Below, one piece after another: positions 1-10,519 of a DNA stretch of 64,000 nt. This stretch comes from a bacterium (GTDB taxonomy: Bacteria; SM23-31), in NCBI GenBank assembly GCA_965249485.1, contig OZ252239.1:3392001-3456000 (forward strand), given 5' to 3'. Each line of letters begins with the position of its first letter. The stretch's first letter is position 1. The notes beneath the pieces are model-generated. The model did no database searches. It was not told where the DNA came from and saw only the letters and a program-made list of their open reading frames with translations. A program made the translations under genes and the position numbers.

Positions 1-14
1 CCTGCTATTTCACT

Positions 15-446
15 TTGGACTGGGACAGGGATATTACTTCAGCATTATTGAGTGCCCCTCTTGAAGAACCCCGGAAAGATATTGCCTTAGCCGTACATGA
101 ACAGCTTAAAAAGCACACTGTATCAGCCATACAGTTTTTCAATCGCATATATGCCGCCGTAATCTGTACCGCTGCGTTTGTGCTTTTTTATTGGTATGAA
201 ATCTGGACAAGTGCGTTGCGATATATGAAGGGATGGACACTCAATTATGCACAATATGCAGTAAACAATGTCAATAAATTTATTAGTCCTGTATTGGAAG
301 TAATTTCACCTAAAGTAATCAGCTCGATCTCTCCGGCTTACTATGCGGTGCTCTTTTTAGTTTTTCTTGGTGGAATTATATTGATAATATCTTATTTATT
401 TATCCCGGAAGAGCCTCATTATTCAATTAAACAGTCTTTAAAATAA
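15..446 (+). CDS. 3' part of a hypothetical membrane protein (probably starts before the window)
   Basis: ORF at the window edge with two hydrophobic segments; no recognisable family. Confidence 0.5.
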   Translation: MDWDRDITSALLSAPLEEPRKDIALAVHEQLKKHTVSAIQFFNRIYAAVICTAAFVLFYWYEIWTSALRYMKGWTLNYAQYAVNNVNKFISPVLEVISPKVISSISPAYYAVLFLVFLGGIILIISYLFIPEEPHYSIKQSLK

Positions 447-1255
447 TATTCTGCTATTTAATGAAGTACCGATTGATTACCGGTCTCATCGATACTGCAG
501 CTGTGATACTTTTGGTATATCCGGCAAGCCACAGGGTTCGGACGCCACCTCAACCGCCACCAAAAACAAGATACCTTCATCAATAAATCACCGCTTAATC
601 GCTGCATTTACTCCAGCAGATAAATCGTCACGATCATTACCAATGAAGAGAATTGTATATCATTAAAAGCAAATAATATAGCTCTCTCTTTGTCATATTT
701 CACTTCTGTTCCTATGATGACCTAAAACTCGTAATGTTTGACGTCATCAAAAAAATAATCCTTACTATCTATATATGACCGTTAATGAAACAGAGTAAAT
801 CACATGTTCTTTCTCAATTACAAACATTTTGATATATACAAATATCACAAGTTGAAATAAACGAATATCTCATTTTTGCTTCTTTCATTCTTATAATTCA
901 ACTAATACATTATTGCAAAAAAAAGCGAAGATAATATATATTAATTTGATTTAATTATTATAAAAACAGTAATGCTTTGACTTTATAGTCAATGATGCTG
1001 CCAAGGAAAAAGTATTGAGTAATAGTGTATTGAGACAAATGTAGGGATTTATAACAAATCGAAAAAAGTTAAAAGATACAATTAGTATTATCATTTTTTT
1101 TCTACACACCCACATGATAAGTTTTAAATAAGTTAGTAGTAAGGAAGTTTAAGACACTCTTCATCTACTGGTGATACTATTCGATTTTGCCTTGTTTTTC
1201 TTTTCTTATCCTCTAATAGTCTCTATTAATCTCTTGTATCCTGAATTTCTTGAAA

Positions 1256-1279
1256 AATTTAGGCACAATTTAGGCACAA
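1256..1279. repeat. 11-bp tandem direct repeat (AATTTAGGCAC x2), possible integrase arm-type site
   Basis: aatttaggcac-aatttaggcac-aa, about 60 bp from a tRNA 3' fragment. Confidence 0.55.
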
Positions 1280-1341
1280 ATGTGGTATTAAAGATGTGTA
1301 GATTATTGTTTTTATTGACGTTTCTGAGAATAGCGTGATAC

Positions 1342-1365
1342 GTTCGAGTCCTACCCGAGGAGTCA
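1342..1365 (+). other. tRNA 3'-end fragment (tRNA-Asn-like), probable att-site remnant
   Basis: GTTCGAGTCCTACCCGAGGAGTCA resembles the T-loop and acceptor 3' strand of tRNA-Asn (...GGAGCCA); no 5' half upstream. Confidence 0.65.
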
Positions 1366-1650
1366 TGCTGCTTTCAATTTAACAATACAGCTATCTCATT
1401 ATATTCCAGCAACAGAAATGACCTGCATTTGAGCTTAAATGTTCTACCTGGCCACATGCTTGTTAGGCAAGAGTAAAATGCTTTTGCTGGGTGCGGAATC
1501 TATAACAAAATATATTGATTCCCATTAGTATAGGGTGTCGTTAAATCTCATCCTGCTAATATCTATCTGATATCTCAGAAGCAAAACTAATAAAACACTT
1601 AAAATACTGGTTTTGTGTGGGGAACAATAATTACAGATAAAATAAATTAT

Positions 1651-2458
1651 GGTAATTAGGTCAAAAGCGACCTAAAGTGAATATTGATTAATAAATAGTA
1701 TAGTTTTTCGTTTCTGTAATTGTATCTAAATTCCATTTCCTTGAGGTACAATAGGAAATGATTTTTGCTAACACCATGGTATTTTAAGAGTCTTTCTTTT
1801 GCAAATGACCAGAAGCCCTCTAAACCGTTAATATGACGTCGTCCTTTAATAAAATATTTGTTATGATCGACAGTAAGATGTTTGCCAAAAAACTTCAGCG
1901 ATTTATACGATCGAAACTTATCAGTATAGAAAACACTTCCTTTTTCAGAATTGTCCCTGATCTCGTTCATCAATGTCTCGGCAGTTACATCATCAACAAC
2001 CGTAGTAAATATCTTCCCTTGACGCTCCAACATGCCGAAAACCTTTATTGTACCAGCACTTCCTCGACCCCGTATCCCTTTTCGCTTACCGCCAAAATAA
2101 CTCTCGTCACATTCGATTTCTCCAGAAAGTCTCTTAAATTCCTGGCTCAAAAAATCATAAATTTCTTGACGGTAAAGCATGTATTTTCCTCGTACCTTCT
2201 TGTATCCAAAACCAAGATCCCTCGCAGCTTTATTAGCAGGGATCTCAAGAGAAAAATAGTGCAAAATTGTCAGATCATCTTTGAACTTTGTAAAACTGTA
2301 TTTGTAAAAACAATCTCTACATTTATAACGATTGTCCCTCATCAGGTAAAGATGATTTCCGCCACATGTAGGACACTCTTTACCTTCAATAAATTTAATG
2401 ACTTCTTCTTCCATACCAAATATAATATAATACTTGGGTCGGAAATAACCTAATTACC
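1651..2458 (-). mobile_element. IS1595-family insertion sequence (~808 bp)
   Basis: Imperfect terminal inverted repeats GGTAATTAGGTcaaaagCGACC (from 1651) and GGTAATTAGGTtatttcCGACC (minus strand from 2458) bracket the transposase. Confidence 0.88.
1656..2414 (-). CDS. IS1595-family (ISXO2-like) DDE transposase
   Basis: N-terminal Zn ribbon CPTC..CRDC; ECDESYFGG, KRGRG-like, YTD, HINGLEGFWS and YLKEMEFRYN motifs. Confidence 0.93.
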   Translation of the reverse strand: MEEEVIKFIEGKECPTCGGNHLYLMRDNRYKCRDCFYKYSFTKFKDDLTILHYFSLEIPANKAARDLGFGYKKVRGKYMLYRQEIYDFLSQEFKRLSGEIECDESYFGGKRKGIRGRGSAGTIKVFGMLERQGKIFTTVVDDVTAETLMNEIRDNSEKGSVFYTDKFRSYKSLKFFGKHLTVDHNKYFIKGRRHINGLEGFWSFAKERLLKYHGVSKNHFLLYLKEMEFRYNYRNEKLYYLLINIHFRSLLT

Positions 2459-4662
2459 TAAACTTTTATACTCTCCTGACCAGAATCTCTTATGAACAAG
2501 CATGATCCGTCTATAGTAGTAACAATTTTCTGAAGATGCTTCAGACTTATTTCTTGACTTAATCCAAAAATATTTATATCTGCATTTGGCGTTTCCACAA
2601 GTGCTTTTTTAAAATCCCCGACTATTACCTCTTTTTCAGTGTCTGAAGGCATTCTCGATTCGGTTATTATCTTGTTAATGAACGCGTTTGCTTTTCTCTT
2701 GTCATTCTCATCCTCAATTACAGTAATCAATTTTATGTCGGCGTCCCAATTTTTCTCTAATTGTAGTGATATCAGGAGAGACAGATTTATATTGGGGCCT
2801 CCCAAAGTGAGCCAGACATTAATTTTCTCTCTCTGGCCGAACGCCTCCTTAGGGTGCAGAGACAATATTATCAGACCGAGATTGTCTCTATGTGCAACTG
2901 CAATTATGTCAGACATTTTTTCATATTTTTTGGGATCACTACTCAGTGTTAAGAATATGATATTTGGCGGGAAAAACATCCCTTTCATTGCGCGGCTCAT
3001 AAAATTTACGCCTTCGATAAATTCATGAGCTTCAAATGTAAACGCCGTGGCAAATATCCCCGAATTTTTTATCGGTACAATTAATTCATTGAGTTGTTTT
3101 TCAGTTTTTTCAAATTCACTCAACTCAGTTTCATGTGCTTCATTCTTGCTATTTTTCTCAATCTCCTCTTTTTTAATTCTTCTGGCTTTTATTTGGTGTT
3201 TAATGTTTACAACTGCAAACACTTTCAATGTTCCATGTGGAAAAACGATATCCTTCACAAATTCGATAACGTAGATCCATTTTGTCGGATTCCCTATAGG
3301 AATAAGGAGGTTCGGTTTCCACGATTTCGCATGCTGTGGCAATCTGGCTGCAACCATTGCCGCCCATTCGGCGATAGAACTGAAAAGACCCCTCCGAACA
3401 TCTCCCCAGGGTGCCTGAACTCCTCGTTTTACCTGGATTATATAAATTATCAGAATTAATAGTGTGGCAATTGAAGCGAAAACAGCGTTTATCAGCAGCA
3501 TTATTATCAGACACCATACCGCGCCTATGAGCGGGATAATAATAGGGATCTTAAAGCTCGGTCTGAAGGACGGAATGCCGATCCCCTGTTGAATAACGAC
3601 TACAAGGTTGACCATCCCATAGGTAATCAGGAAGAACATCGTCAATAAAGGAGCTATAGTGTTGAGGTCTGTCAAAACTATGCTAATCTCGATAAGCGCA
3701 ATAGTAAAAAACAGGGAGATCAATGGTTCACCGTTCTTGTACTTTCGGGCGAAATACAAGGAATAAGGTAAAACTTTGTCCTGTCCAAGTGCCATTAAAG
3801 TCCGTGGTGCCGCTATAATGCTGCCAAGTGCGGAAGAGAGCGTGGCACCAAGTATGCCTGCTAGAACAAGAGTTTTCCAACGGGATATTTCAGTCATTAT
3901 TGTATAGTTTTCTATCAGTTGTCCGGCATTTGCTGAATAATCTAACCAGAAGGCGACAAGAATGTATATAACGGTCGATACTACTATTGCAGAAAGAACG
4001 CCAATGGGGAGGCTCCTTTGCGGATCTTTTAAGTCGCCGGACATTGCGGCGCCTGTCGCTATTCCGGTAACGGCAGGGAAAAATATCGCGAATACTACCC
4101 AGAACGGCGCCTTTTCGAAATCCCCCCATAACACAACCTGCCCTGATTCATTCCCGGTACCGAAAAAGAATGAAAACAGAGACAACCCGATAACCAGCAT
4201 GATTAAATATTGCACTTTCATAGCGTAATGAGCACCGAAGAGTGATATAATCGTCAAAAATGCCAGTACACTACTTGATACTAAATGGGCACTATGTTCA
4301 GGAAATATGGACAGCCAGCCTTCGGTAAATCCGATTATGTACATTGCTGCTCCAAGTCCCTGCGACAAATAAAGTGGAACGCCGATTGCGCTGCCGATTT
4401 CGGCACCAAGAGCACGGGAGATCATTGCATAAGTACCACCGGCACCAATTTTTGTATTTGTCGCTACTGACGATACTGCTAGACCGGTTGTAATACTCAC
4501 TATCTTTGCAAGTATGATTATAAGCAGTGCACCACCAAATCCTGCATTTCCAACAACCCAGCCGAGACGCAAATACATTATAACGCCAAGGATGGTGAGC
4601 AATGTGGGAGTAAAAACCCCTTCAAAGGTACCAAGACGCAGAGAAGCTTTACTTTTTTTCAT
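2458..4662 (-). CDS. Prokaryotic cation-chloride cotransporter (SLC12/APC superfamily amino acid permease-like)
   Basis: GTFEGVFTPTLLTILGVIMYLRLGWVVGNAG, FFPAVTGI, KSWKPNLL; about 12 TM segments plus a soluble C-terminal domain. Confidence 0.88.
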   Translation of the reverse strand: MKKSKASLRLGTFEGVFTPTLLTILGVIMYLRLGWVVGNAGFGGALLIIILAKIVSITTGLAVSSVATNTKIGAGGTYAMISRALGAEIGSAIGVPLYLSQGLGAAMYIIGFTEGWLSIFPEHSAHLVSSSVLAFLTIISLFGAHYAMKVQYLIMLVIGLSLFSFFFGTGNESGQVVLWGDFEKAPFWVVFAIFFPAVTGIATGAAMSGDLKDPQRSLPIGVLSAIVVSTVIYILVAFWLDYSANAGQLIENYTIMTEISRWKTLVLAGILGATLSSALGSIIAAPRTLMALGQDKVLPYSLYFARKYKNGEPLISLFFTIALIEISIVLTDLNTIAPLLTMFFLITYGMVNLVVVIQQGIGIPSFRPSFKIPIIIPLIGAVWCLIIMLLINAVFASIATLLILIIYIIQVKRGVQAPWGDVRRGLFSSIAEWAAMVAARLPQHAKSWKPNLLIPIGNPTKWIYVIEFVKDIVFPHGTLKVFAVVNIKHQIKARRIKKEEIEKNSKNEAHETELSEFEKTEKQLNELIVPIKNSGIFATAFTFEAHEFIEGVNFMSRAMKGMFFPPNIIFLTLSSDPKKYEKMSDIIAVAHRDNLGLIILSLHPKEAFGQREKINVWLTLGGPNINLSLLISLQLEKNWDADIKLITVIEDENDKRKANAFINKIITESRMPSDTEKEVIVGDFKKALVETPNADINIFGLSQEISLKHLQKIVTTIDGSCLFIRDSGQESIKV

Positions 4663-4976
4663 ACTGCTGCTCTATTTAAAGTTGGTATTGATCATAATTA
4701 TACATGTCATATGAATGCGAAATAACGAAATAAAAACTGAAACAATATAAATTAAAACACATCCTTGTCAAAGAAAATTCAATATTTGTTAATGAAAAAA
4801 TGAAGTAAATATCATCAAGCATGATGTAGGTAAAATACATGATTGAGGAGCAGATAATGCTTGCAAAATTGAAATACATACCGTAAAATCTAACAATTAT
4901 TTCGAATTTGCTCTGATAACATACATGTTTAGTAAATATATCCTGTTATTTCATACTTAATTGGAGGTATATCCAT

Positions 4977-6608
4977 ATGCAAGAAAGTGTTTCCTTCCAA
5001 ATTATCGATTGGTTCGTAATCGGAATATATTTTGCCGTTCTCTTTGGGATAGCCTGGTGGGTTATAAGACAAAAACAGGAAACACCTGAGGATTACTTCC
5101 TTGCAGGTCGGCATATCGGATGGTTTGTAATCGGTGCATCAATCTTCGCATCGAATATTGGATCCGAACATATCGTTGGTCTTGCGGGTACAGCAGCACA
5201 AACAGGTGTTGTGATGGGAAACTATGAGCTTCATTCATGGCTTATTCTGCTTTTAGGATGGGTTTTTGTCCCGTTCTATATGAGGAGCAAAGTGTTCACC
5301 ATGCCGGAATTTTTGGAAATGCGTTATTCGCCAAAAGCACGCTGGATTTTGTCACTGATCATGTTGATCGGGTATGTCCTGACAAAGATTTCGGTCACTG
5401 TATATGCAGGAGCGGTCGTATTTCAAGCACTCATGGGGATCGAATTCTGGACAGGAGCGCTGATAATTGTTCTGCTTACAGGTCTTTATACCGTTCTGGG
5501 AGGGCTTCGAGCTGTCCTCTACACCGAAACATTGCAGACCGTAATATTGATCGCCGGTTCTTTAATTATTACCTTGATCGGTTTAGATCGGATCGGTGGA
5601 TGGAATCATTTGGTATCAATTGTTGGTCCGGAACGTCTGAATTTGTTCCTGCCGGCCGATCATCCGGACTTTCCCTGGACCGGTATGGTTTTCGCTCCTC
5701 CGATAATTGGACTGTGGTACTGGTGTACTGATCAGTATATAGTCCAGAGGACTCTGTCTGCGAAAAGTGAGACTGCTGCCAGACAGGGTACCATTTTTGC
5801 GGCTTATTTAAAACTCCTGCCGTTTTTTATATTTATAATCCCCGGTGTTATAGCATACGCCCTTTCACAGACAGGACAGCTCGAACTTACTAACCCCGAT
5901 CAGGCATTTCCCACACTGGTCAAAACTCTGCTTCCTGCAGGCGTACGGGGCCTTGTTGCCGGAGGTCTCTTAGCGGCACTTATGAGTTCACTTGCCGCGG
6001 TATTCAATTCCTGCTCTACACTTTTCACCATGGACATCTACAAGAAAATCAAGCCAGATTCATCGGAAAAATCTCTTGTTCGCGTCGGGAGAATAGCAAC
6101 CTCAGTCGTTGTTGTGGCAGGAATCGCATGGATACCATTAATGCAGATCATTTCCGGACAATTGTATCATTATCTTCAGAGCGTCCAGGCTTATATTGCT
6201 CCGCCAATTGCGGCAGTTTTTTTGTTCGGACTGTTTTTTAAACGGATAAATTCACACGGTGCACTAACAGCGCTTATCGGTGGCTTTTTGATCGGTATGT
6301 GCCGGCTGATTGCAGAATTGAATAAGGATGCGCTCAGCGGCATTCTGTATGCGTTCGCGACCATCAATTTTCTGCATTTTGCTATATTTCTCTTTCTGGT
6401 ATGCGTTGTTCTTTTGATAGTTGTCAGCCTGTTAACACCTCAACCAGATTATAAAAAAATTGAAGGACTTACGTACGCAACCACTGTTACTGCCGACAAG
6501 GAAGCATCCCGTGCAAGCTGGGGCAAAAGTGAAGTTATAAATACGGTGGTTATTGTAGCATTACTCATACTAATAATAATGTATTTTTCGCCGTTGGTTC
6601 AATCGTAG
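4977..6608 (+). CDS. Sodium:solute symporter (SSS, SGLT-like sugar symporter)
   Basis: DYFLAGR, ASNIGSEH, WYWCTDQYIVQR, LAALMSSL motifs. Confidence 0.93.
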   Translation: MQESVSFQIIDWFVIGIYFAVLFGIAWWVIRQKQETPEDYFLAGRHIGWFVIGASIFASNIGSEHIVGLAGTAAQTGVVMGNYELHSWLILLLGWVFVPFYMRSKVFTMPEFLEMRYSPKARWILSLIMLIGYVLTKISVTVYAGAVVFQALMGIEFWTGALIIVLLTGLYTVLGGLRAVLYTETLQTVILIAGSLIITLIGLDRIGGWNHLVSIVGPERLNLFLPADHPDFPWTGMVFAPPIIGLWYWCTDQYIVQRTLSAKSETAARQGTIFAAYLKLLPFFIFIIPGVIAYALSQTGQLELTNPDQAFPTLVKTLLPAGVRGLVAGGLLAALMSSLAAVFNSCSTLFTMDIYKKIKPDSSEKSLVRVGRIATSVVVVAGIAWIPLMQIISGQLYHYLQSVQAYIAPPIAAVFLFGLFFKRINSHGALTALIGGFLIGMCRLIAELNKDALSGILYAFATINFLHFAIFLFLVCVVLLIVVSLLTPQPDYKKIEGLTYATTVTADKEASRASWGKSEVINTVVIVALLILIIMYFSPLVQS

Positions 6609-6632
6609 CATAACATTTATTGAGGTGTAATA

Positions 6633-7442
6633 ATGAAATTCATTTTATCTGTAGGGTTTATCCTGTCAGTCTTTTTACTTGTTGATTGCAGTTCTGATAG
6701 CCCGGTAACAAATCCTTTTACCAAACATGTAGAGGTATTTGGCATTCATGTTTATGCCACTGCGGCTTCACCTGATGATAAAGTGCTTCATGCCGCCAAC
6801 GTATTGGCCGAGTATCTTGATAATGACGAAGACGGCGTCCCGGACAACCAGAAAATCGTTGATGCGATGATTATGACGAATGCTACTCAGATTGTAGCAA
6901 AGAACCGGGAAGAATTACGGGCAATTGATAGAAAACTTCTCCCATCCCGGAATTGGCAACAAGTCTATGCTGATAACATCCGTCCAAATGGAGTTGACGG
7001 ACTCTATGACGAGGCACTCGAAGAGGTTTTGCACCTGGTAACTAACTATGGATGGGAAGTTGCCTATCCTTCGGCATTTGGCGGGAAACGAGGGACCGAT
7101 GCAGCGAAGGCTTCGGAAGCGGCAAGAGGGGGATATTTTGAAGAAGTCCCGGAGAAATATCCCGACGATGCATGGCATACCTATTATGATAAAACCTGTG
7201 ATTATGAATGTCAGATTGACGAATATCTTCACTGGGCACTTACCTCCATACTGGGAGGACAGAATTATCCCGGGACATTCGAGCGAGGAAAAGATCAATG
7301 GGATTTGAGAACAAAAGAGCAAGTACAAATCGGCGATTCTGCTATATATGCGCTGCTTACCGATCCGAAGTATAAATTACCGACAGTACTGCCGGATGCC
7401 GAATACCGAGCTTTAAATTTTACGATTCAGAAGTATCCATAA
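6633..7442 (+). CDS. Hypothetical lipoprotein, possibly zincin-like
   Basis: Signal peptide ending LVDC; EEVLHLV...EYLHW resembles a degenerate gluzincin motif. Confidence 0.6.
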   Translation: MKFILSVGFILSVFLLVDCSSDSPVTNPFTKHVEVFGIHVYATAASPDDKVLHAANVLAEYLDNDEDGVPDNQKIVDAMIMTNATQIVAKNREELRAIDRKLLPSRNWQQVYADNIRPNGVDGLYDEALEEVLHLVTNYGWEVAYPSAFGGKRGTDAAKASEAARGGYFEEVPEKYPDDAWHTYYDKTCDYECQIDEYLHWALTSILGGQNYPGTFERGKDQWDLRTKEQVQIGDSAIYALLTDPKYKLPTVLPDAEYRALNFTIQKYP

Positions 7443-7470
7443 AATACTCGGCTGAAACTCAACGTTAAAG

Positions 7471-7528
7471 GCTCGTACATCGTATAGTCCGAGGAACAGA
7501 AAATACTTGTAAAAACCACATATATATC
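7471..7528 (+). repeat. Intergenic junction motif, copy 1
   Basis: gctcgtacatcgtatagtccgaggaacagaaaatacttgtaaaaaccacatatatatc; 46/58 identical, ungapped, to the copy at 9072. Confidence 0.85.
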
Positions 7529-7661
7529 ATAATATCCAATACATTCTGACGAAGTATATCACATCTTAAAAGCGTCATATATCTATATAATCCCAATTTA
7601 ATCTCTTATAGAGTATTAATATTGGGAATATCATACCATATGGAAACAAGGAGAAAAAATC

Positions 7662-8987
7662 ATGAGTATGAAACGGATTGTACTGATATCAGGATTAATA
7701 GCTGTTATTCTTCAGGGGAATGATATTGCCGCTCAAGAAGCCCGGGCGCGTTACGAAACGATGAAACTTATTCGCCAAGAGAAATTCGATCTCGTTCTGC
7801 CGGGAGCCTTGAGAGATAGCGAAGTAGACATGTGGATCCACGTTATGCAGAAAGGCAATCCCGATGCGCTTGAAATGGATCTCGGCGGCAATGCTTCGTA
7901 TAGTGTGGATGACACTCTGGGATTTTTTATTTTTACAGATCGGGGCGGTGACCGTATCGAGCGAGCAGTTCTGGGAGGTCGCGCTGACCGGGATTTATAT
8001 GATATTTTCGGGAAAGAGAATGATATTAGGAAATTCGTCGCAGAGAGAGACCCGAAACGCATAGCGGTCAATATGTCCGATCACATTCCCTCTGCTGATG
8101 GAATGTCCTATAGCGCATACAAACGATTAGTGAAATTTATTGGTGATAAATATACACAGAGGCTGGTATCTGCAGAGAATGTCATTACCCTTTTCCGTGT
8201 AAGAAGAGTTCAAAGTGAAATAGAAGCTTTTGCGAAAATGTGCGAAATACAGAGACTGCTTATGGAGGAGACTTTCAGAAGGATCGTTCCCGGAGTTACC
8301 ACGAGCGAAGAACTCGGCTGGTGGGTTCAGGACCAGTTGCTCCTACGCGGGCTTGATTCAGGAGACAGATCACCATATGGTCCGGTAGCACCGGACAGCA
8401 GAGGAGGAGTTTATGAGCGGGGACTATTTACGTCATGGGATCTTGCAATAAGATATTTGAATTTCGGTACAGATTACAAACGGAATGCCTACATTCTTGG
8501 CGAAGGAGAAACAGATGTTCCTGAAGGGATTCAGCACGCGTGGGAACGTGGGCAGAGGGCGCGTGATATTCTTAAACCGACTTTAAAAGTTGGAATGACT
8601 TCAGGTGAAGCTCTAAAGGTTATGATTCGTGCTCTGGAGGAAGAAGGTTATATCTACAATCTTTCCGACGATAAGGGACTTTACAGAATTAACGTGAATA
8701 AGTTAGGAGATACCGAGCAGTCCGGTTTCACAATTGACTGTCATGCGATGGGTAATACAGGAAACAGTGAAATAAACGAAGGTATGTCTATAGCTGCCTA
8801 CCGTTCAGGTCGTGATCATTATGAAATTCAACAGAACAATCTCTTTTCCTTTGAATTTGTTGTAGATACCTGGGTGCCTGAACTTGGAAGAAGGATGAGT
8901 ATTAATTTCGAAGATAACGCTATAATTACCGAAAAAGGTATCGAATATCTATATCCGGTAAACAAAGAAATTATAATCATTCATTAA
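7662..8987 (+). CDS. Secreted M24-family (Xaa-Pro aminopeptidase-like) peptidase, paralog 1
   Basis: Signal peptide; IRQEKFDLVLP..DMWIHV; D..D (WD..GTDYKR), H (DCHAMG), E (FSFEF), E (FEDN). Confidence 0.85.
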   Translation: MSMKRIVLISGLIAVILQGNDIAAQEARARYETMKLIRQEKFDLVLPGALRDSEVDMWIHVMQKGNPDALEMDLGGNASYSVDDTLGFFIFTDRGGDRIERAVLGGRADRDLYDIFGKENDIRKFVAERDPKRIAVNMSDHIPSADGMSYSAYKRLVKFIGDKYTQRLVSAENVITLFRVRRVQSEIEAFAKMCEIQRLLMEETFRRIVPGVTTSEELGWWVQDQLLLRGLDSGDRSPYGPVAPDSRGGVYERGLFTSWDLAIRYLNFGTDYKRNAYILGEGETDVPEGIQHAWERGQRARDILKPTLKVGMTSGEALKVMIRALEEEGYIYNLSDDKGLYRINVNKLGDTEQSGFTIDCHAMGNTGNSEINEGMSIAAYRSGRDHYEIQQNNLFSFEFVVDTWVPELGRRMSINFEDNAIITEKGIEYLYPVNKEIIIIH

Positions 8988-9071
8988 TTATTTCTCGTTG
9001 TGCCCAAGGATACTCGGCTTTAATGTTTTAAGAATTGCTCTGTTTACTATAAAGTTGCCTCAAATCTAAAC

Positions 9072-9129
9072 GCTCACAAATTGTACAGCCCGAGGAGCAG
9101 GAAATACTAGTAAAAACTAAATATATCTC
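9072..9129 (+). repeat. Intergenic junction motif, copy 2
   Basis: gctcacaaattgtacagcccgaggagcaggaaatactagtaaaaactaaatatatctc; lies between convergent gene ends. Confidence 0.85.
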
Positions 9130-9176
9130 TTTGCTTTTAACTTTAAGCGTCCAACTTGATCTAACGGCGTACAGCA

Positions 9177-10073
9177 TTAACCATCTTTTTTAATGTGTTC
9201 TATTATTTCAGCTATTTGTTTATCCGCCGTTTCCGGATCGAGTTGGCATGTACCCGCGCCGCGAAGGCCGCCTCCACCATATTTTTTAAGGAGTAATCCA
9301 ATATTTGTTTTGGAATCTCTCTTAAATATAGAATGTCCAGCCGCACATATAATTTTATGTTTGTCTTTCCCCCAAAATAATCTAATCGAGATATTCCCTT
9401 CCGGGAAAAGTATATATTCATAAAACCGGTTACCCATTGGGATCAACTTCAGATCACGAAAGTCTATCACGATTACATTGTTTTCTAAAGTCGTATATTT
9501 GAGAAGAGCTTCTTTTAATTGGTCTAAATCTGACAAAACATAATCACACCGAAGTTGCACCTCCGGTTGTTTTAGAATCTTTTTCAAAGGATATTTTTTA
9601 ATCCACTCGACCAATTCAAAAAAATAATGTTCAAAATCACCGAGTGACGTCCTGGGGTCGAGGCTCATCATCAACAATATCCACCCTTTGGGATTCGTCA
9701 CATCACTCTTATCCAATTGTGCGCTATCAATTTTATCTACAGCAAGTAAGAAATCTTCGAATTTCTTTAATTTACTGTTATTATAGTACTCATAGACTAA
9801 TCGCGCCGTACTGGGGGCCAATCCGAATTTTCCTTTAAATTTTCCAACCTCAACCTTTTCGTCCCGATTTTCTTCTGATATATGGTGGTCAAACCACAGA
9901 TTACAATCAGGGTGATAAGGTAAATTGCATATTATATCATTTTGCATAACATCAATTTTACTGTCTTGCATATCCTTGGGATGTGCAAAGATGATTGAAT
10001 CAAATTTTTCTGTTATCGATAAGAAAACAGCACATGCCAATCCATCGGCATCACCCCTCGTTATAAGACGCAT
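9177..10073 (-). CDS. DHH-family phosphoesterase (exopolyphosphatase-like)
   Basis: MRLITRGDADG, WFDHH, AVDKIDSA, GGGG..GAGTCQ (DHHA1-like). Confidence 0.85.
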   Translation of the reverse strand: MRLITRGDADGLACAVFLSITEKFDSIIFAHPKDMQDSKIDVMQNDIICNLPYHPDCNLWFDHHISEENRDEKVEVGKFKGKFGLAPSTARLVYEYYNNSKLKKFEDFLLAVDKIDSAQLDKSDVTNPKGWILLMMSLDPRTSLGDFEHYFFELVEWIKKYPLKKILKQPEVQLRCDYVLSDLDQLKEALLKYTTLENNVIVIDFRDLKLIPMGNRFYEYILFPEGNISIRLFWGKDKHKIICAAGHSIFKRDSKTNIGLLLKKYGGGGLRGAGTCQLDPETADKQIAEIIEHIKKDG

Positions 10074-10519
10074 CGTGATCCTCCTAACTAAAATTATTTA
10101 CGTCATTTAACTTTCTTCTGTTTCCTAACTAAAATGCTGGAATTCTCAATGATTTTGCAAAGAATCCAAATTCAATATGCTTATTTCCAATTGTGACATT
10201 TCTTTCAAAAAAACGTATTTACTTAAATTTTGTGCAGTGCTGTTCTTGCTAACATTTTTATCATTATTTTTGACTATTTCAATCTCTTTATTCCATATCC
10301 TTACCACCGTGTACAATTGAAAAAGTGTCATGTATATTCAGCCAATCTAAGTTACATTATACAACATCATACATTAGATTACAAGAAGATTAACGTCATC
10401 TACCTGTTTCATTATAACACGGTGGCGAGACCCACAGAGAGTACTATTGTTTGTATCAGGTAAGAGCATATTAATCCGATCTAAAAATGTAAGGCTAATG
10501 TGTTTTATTAATTTTAAAT

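Noticed and set aside
450..700. Possible decayed gene on the minus strand
   Set aside because: Multiple stops in the frames examined and no recognisable homology.
1342..1365. Intact tRNA gene
   Set aside because: Only the T-loop and 3' acceptor strand are present; the upstream sequence cannot form D or anticodon arms.
1833..2453. 206-aa + strand ORF and other long antisense ORFs (e.g. 44981-45742, 25840-26403, 52139-52693)
   Set aside because: Shadows of well-supported genes on the opposite strand, with no recognisable motifs.
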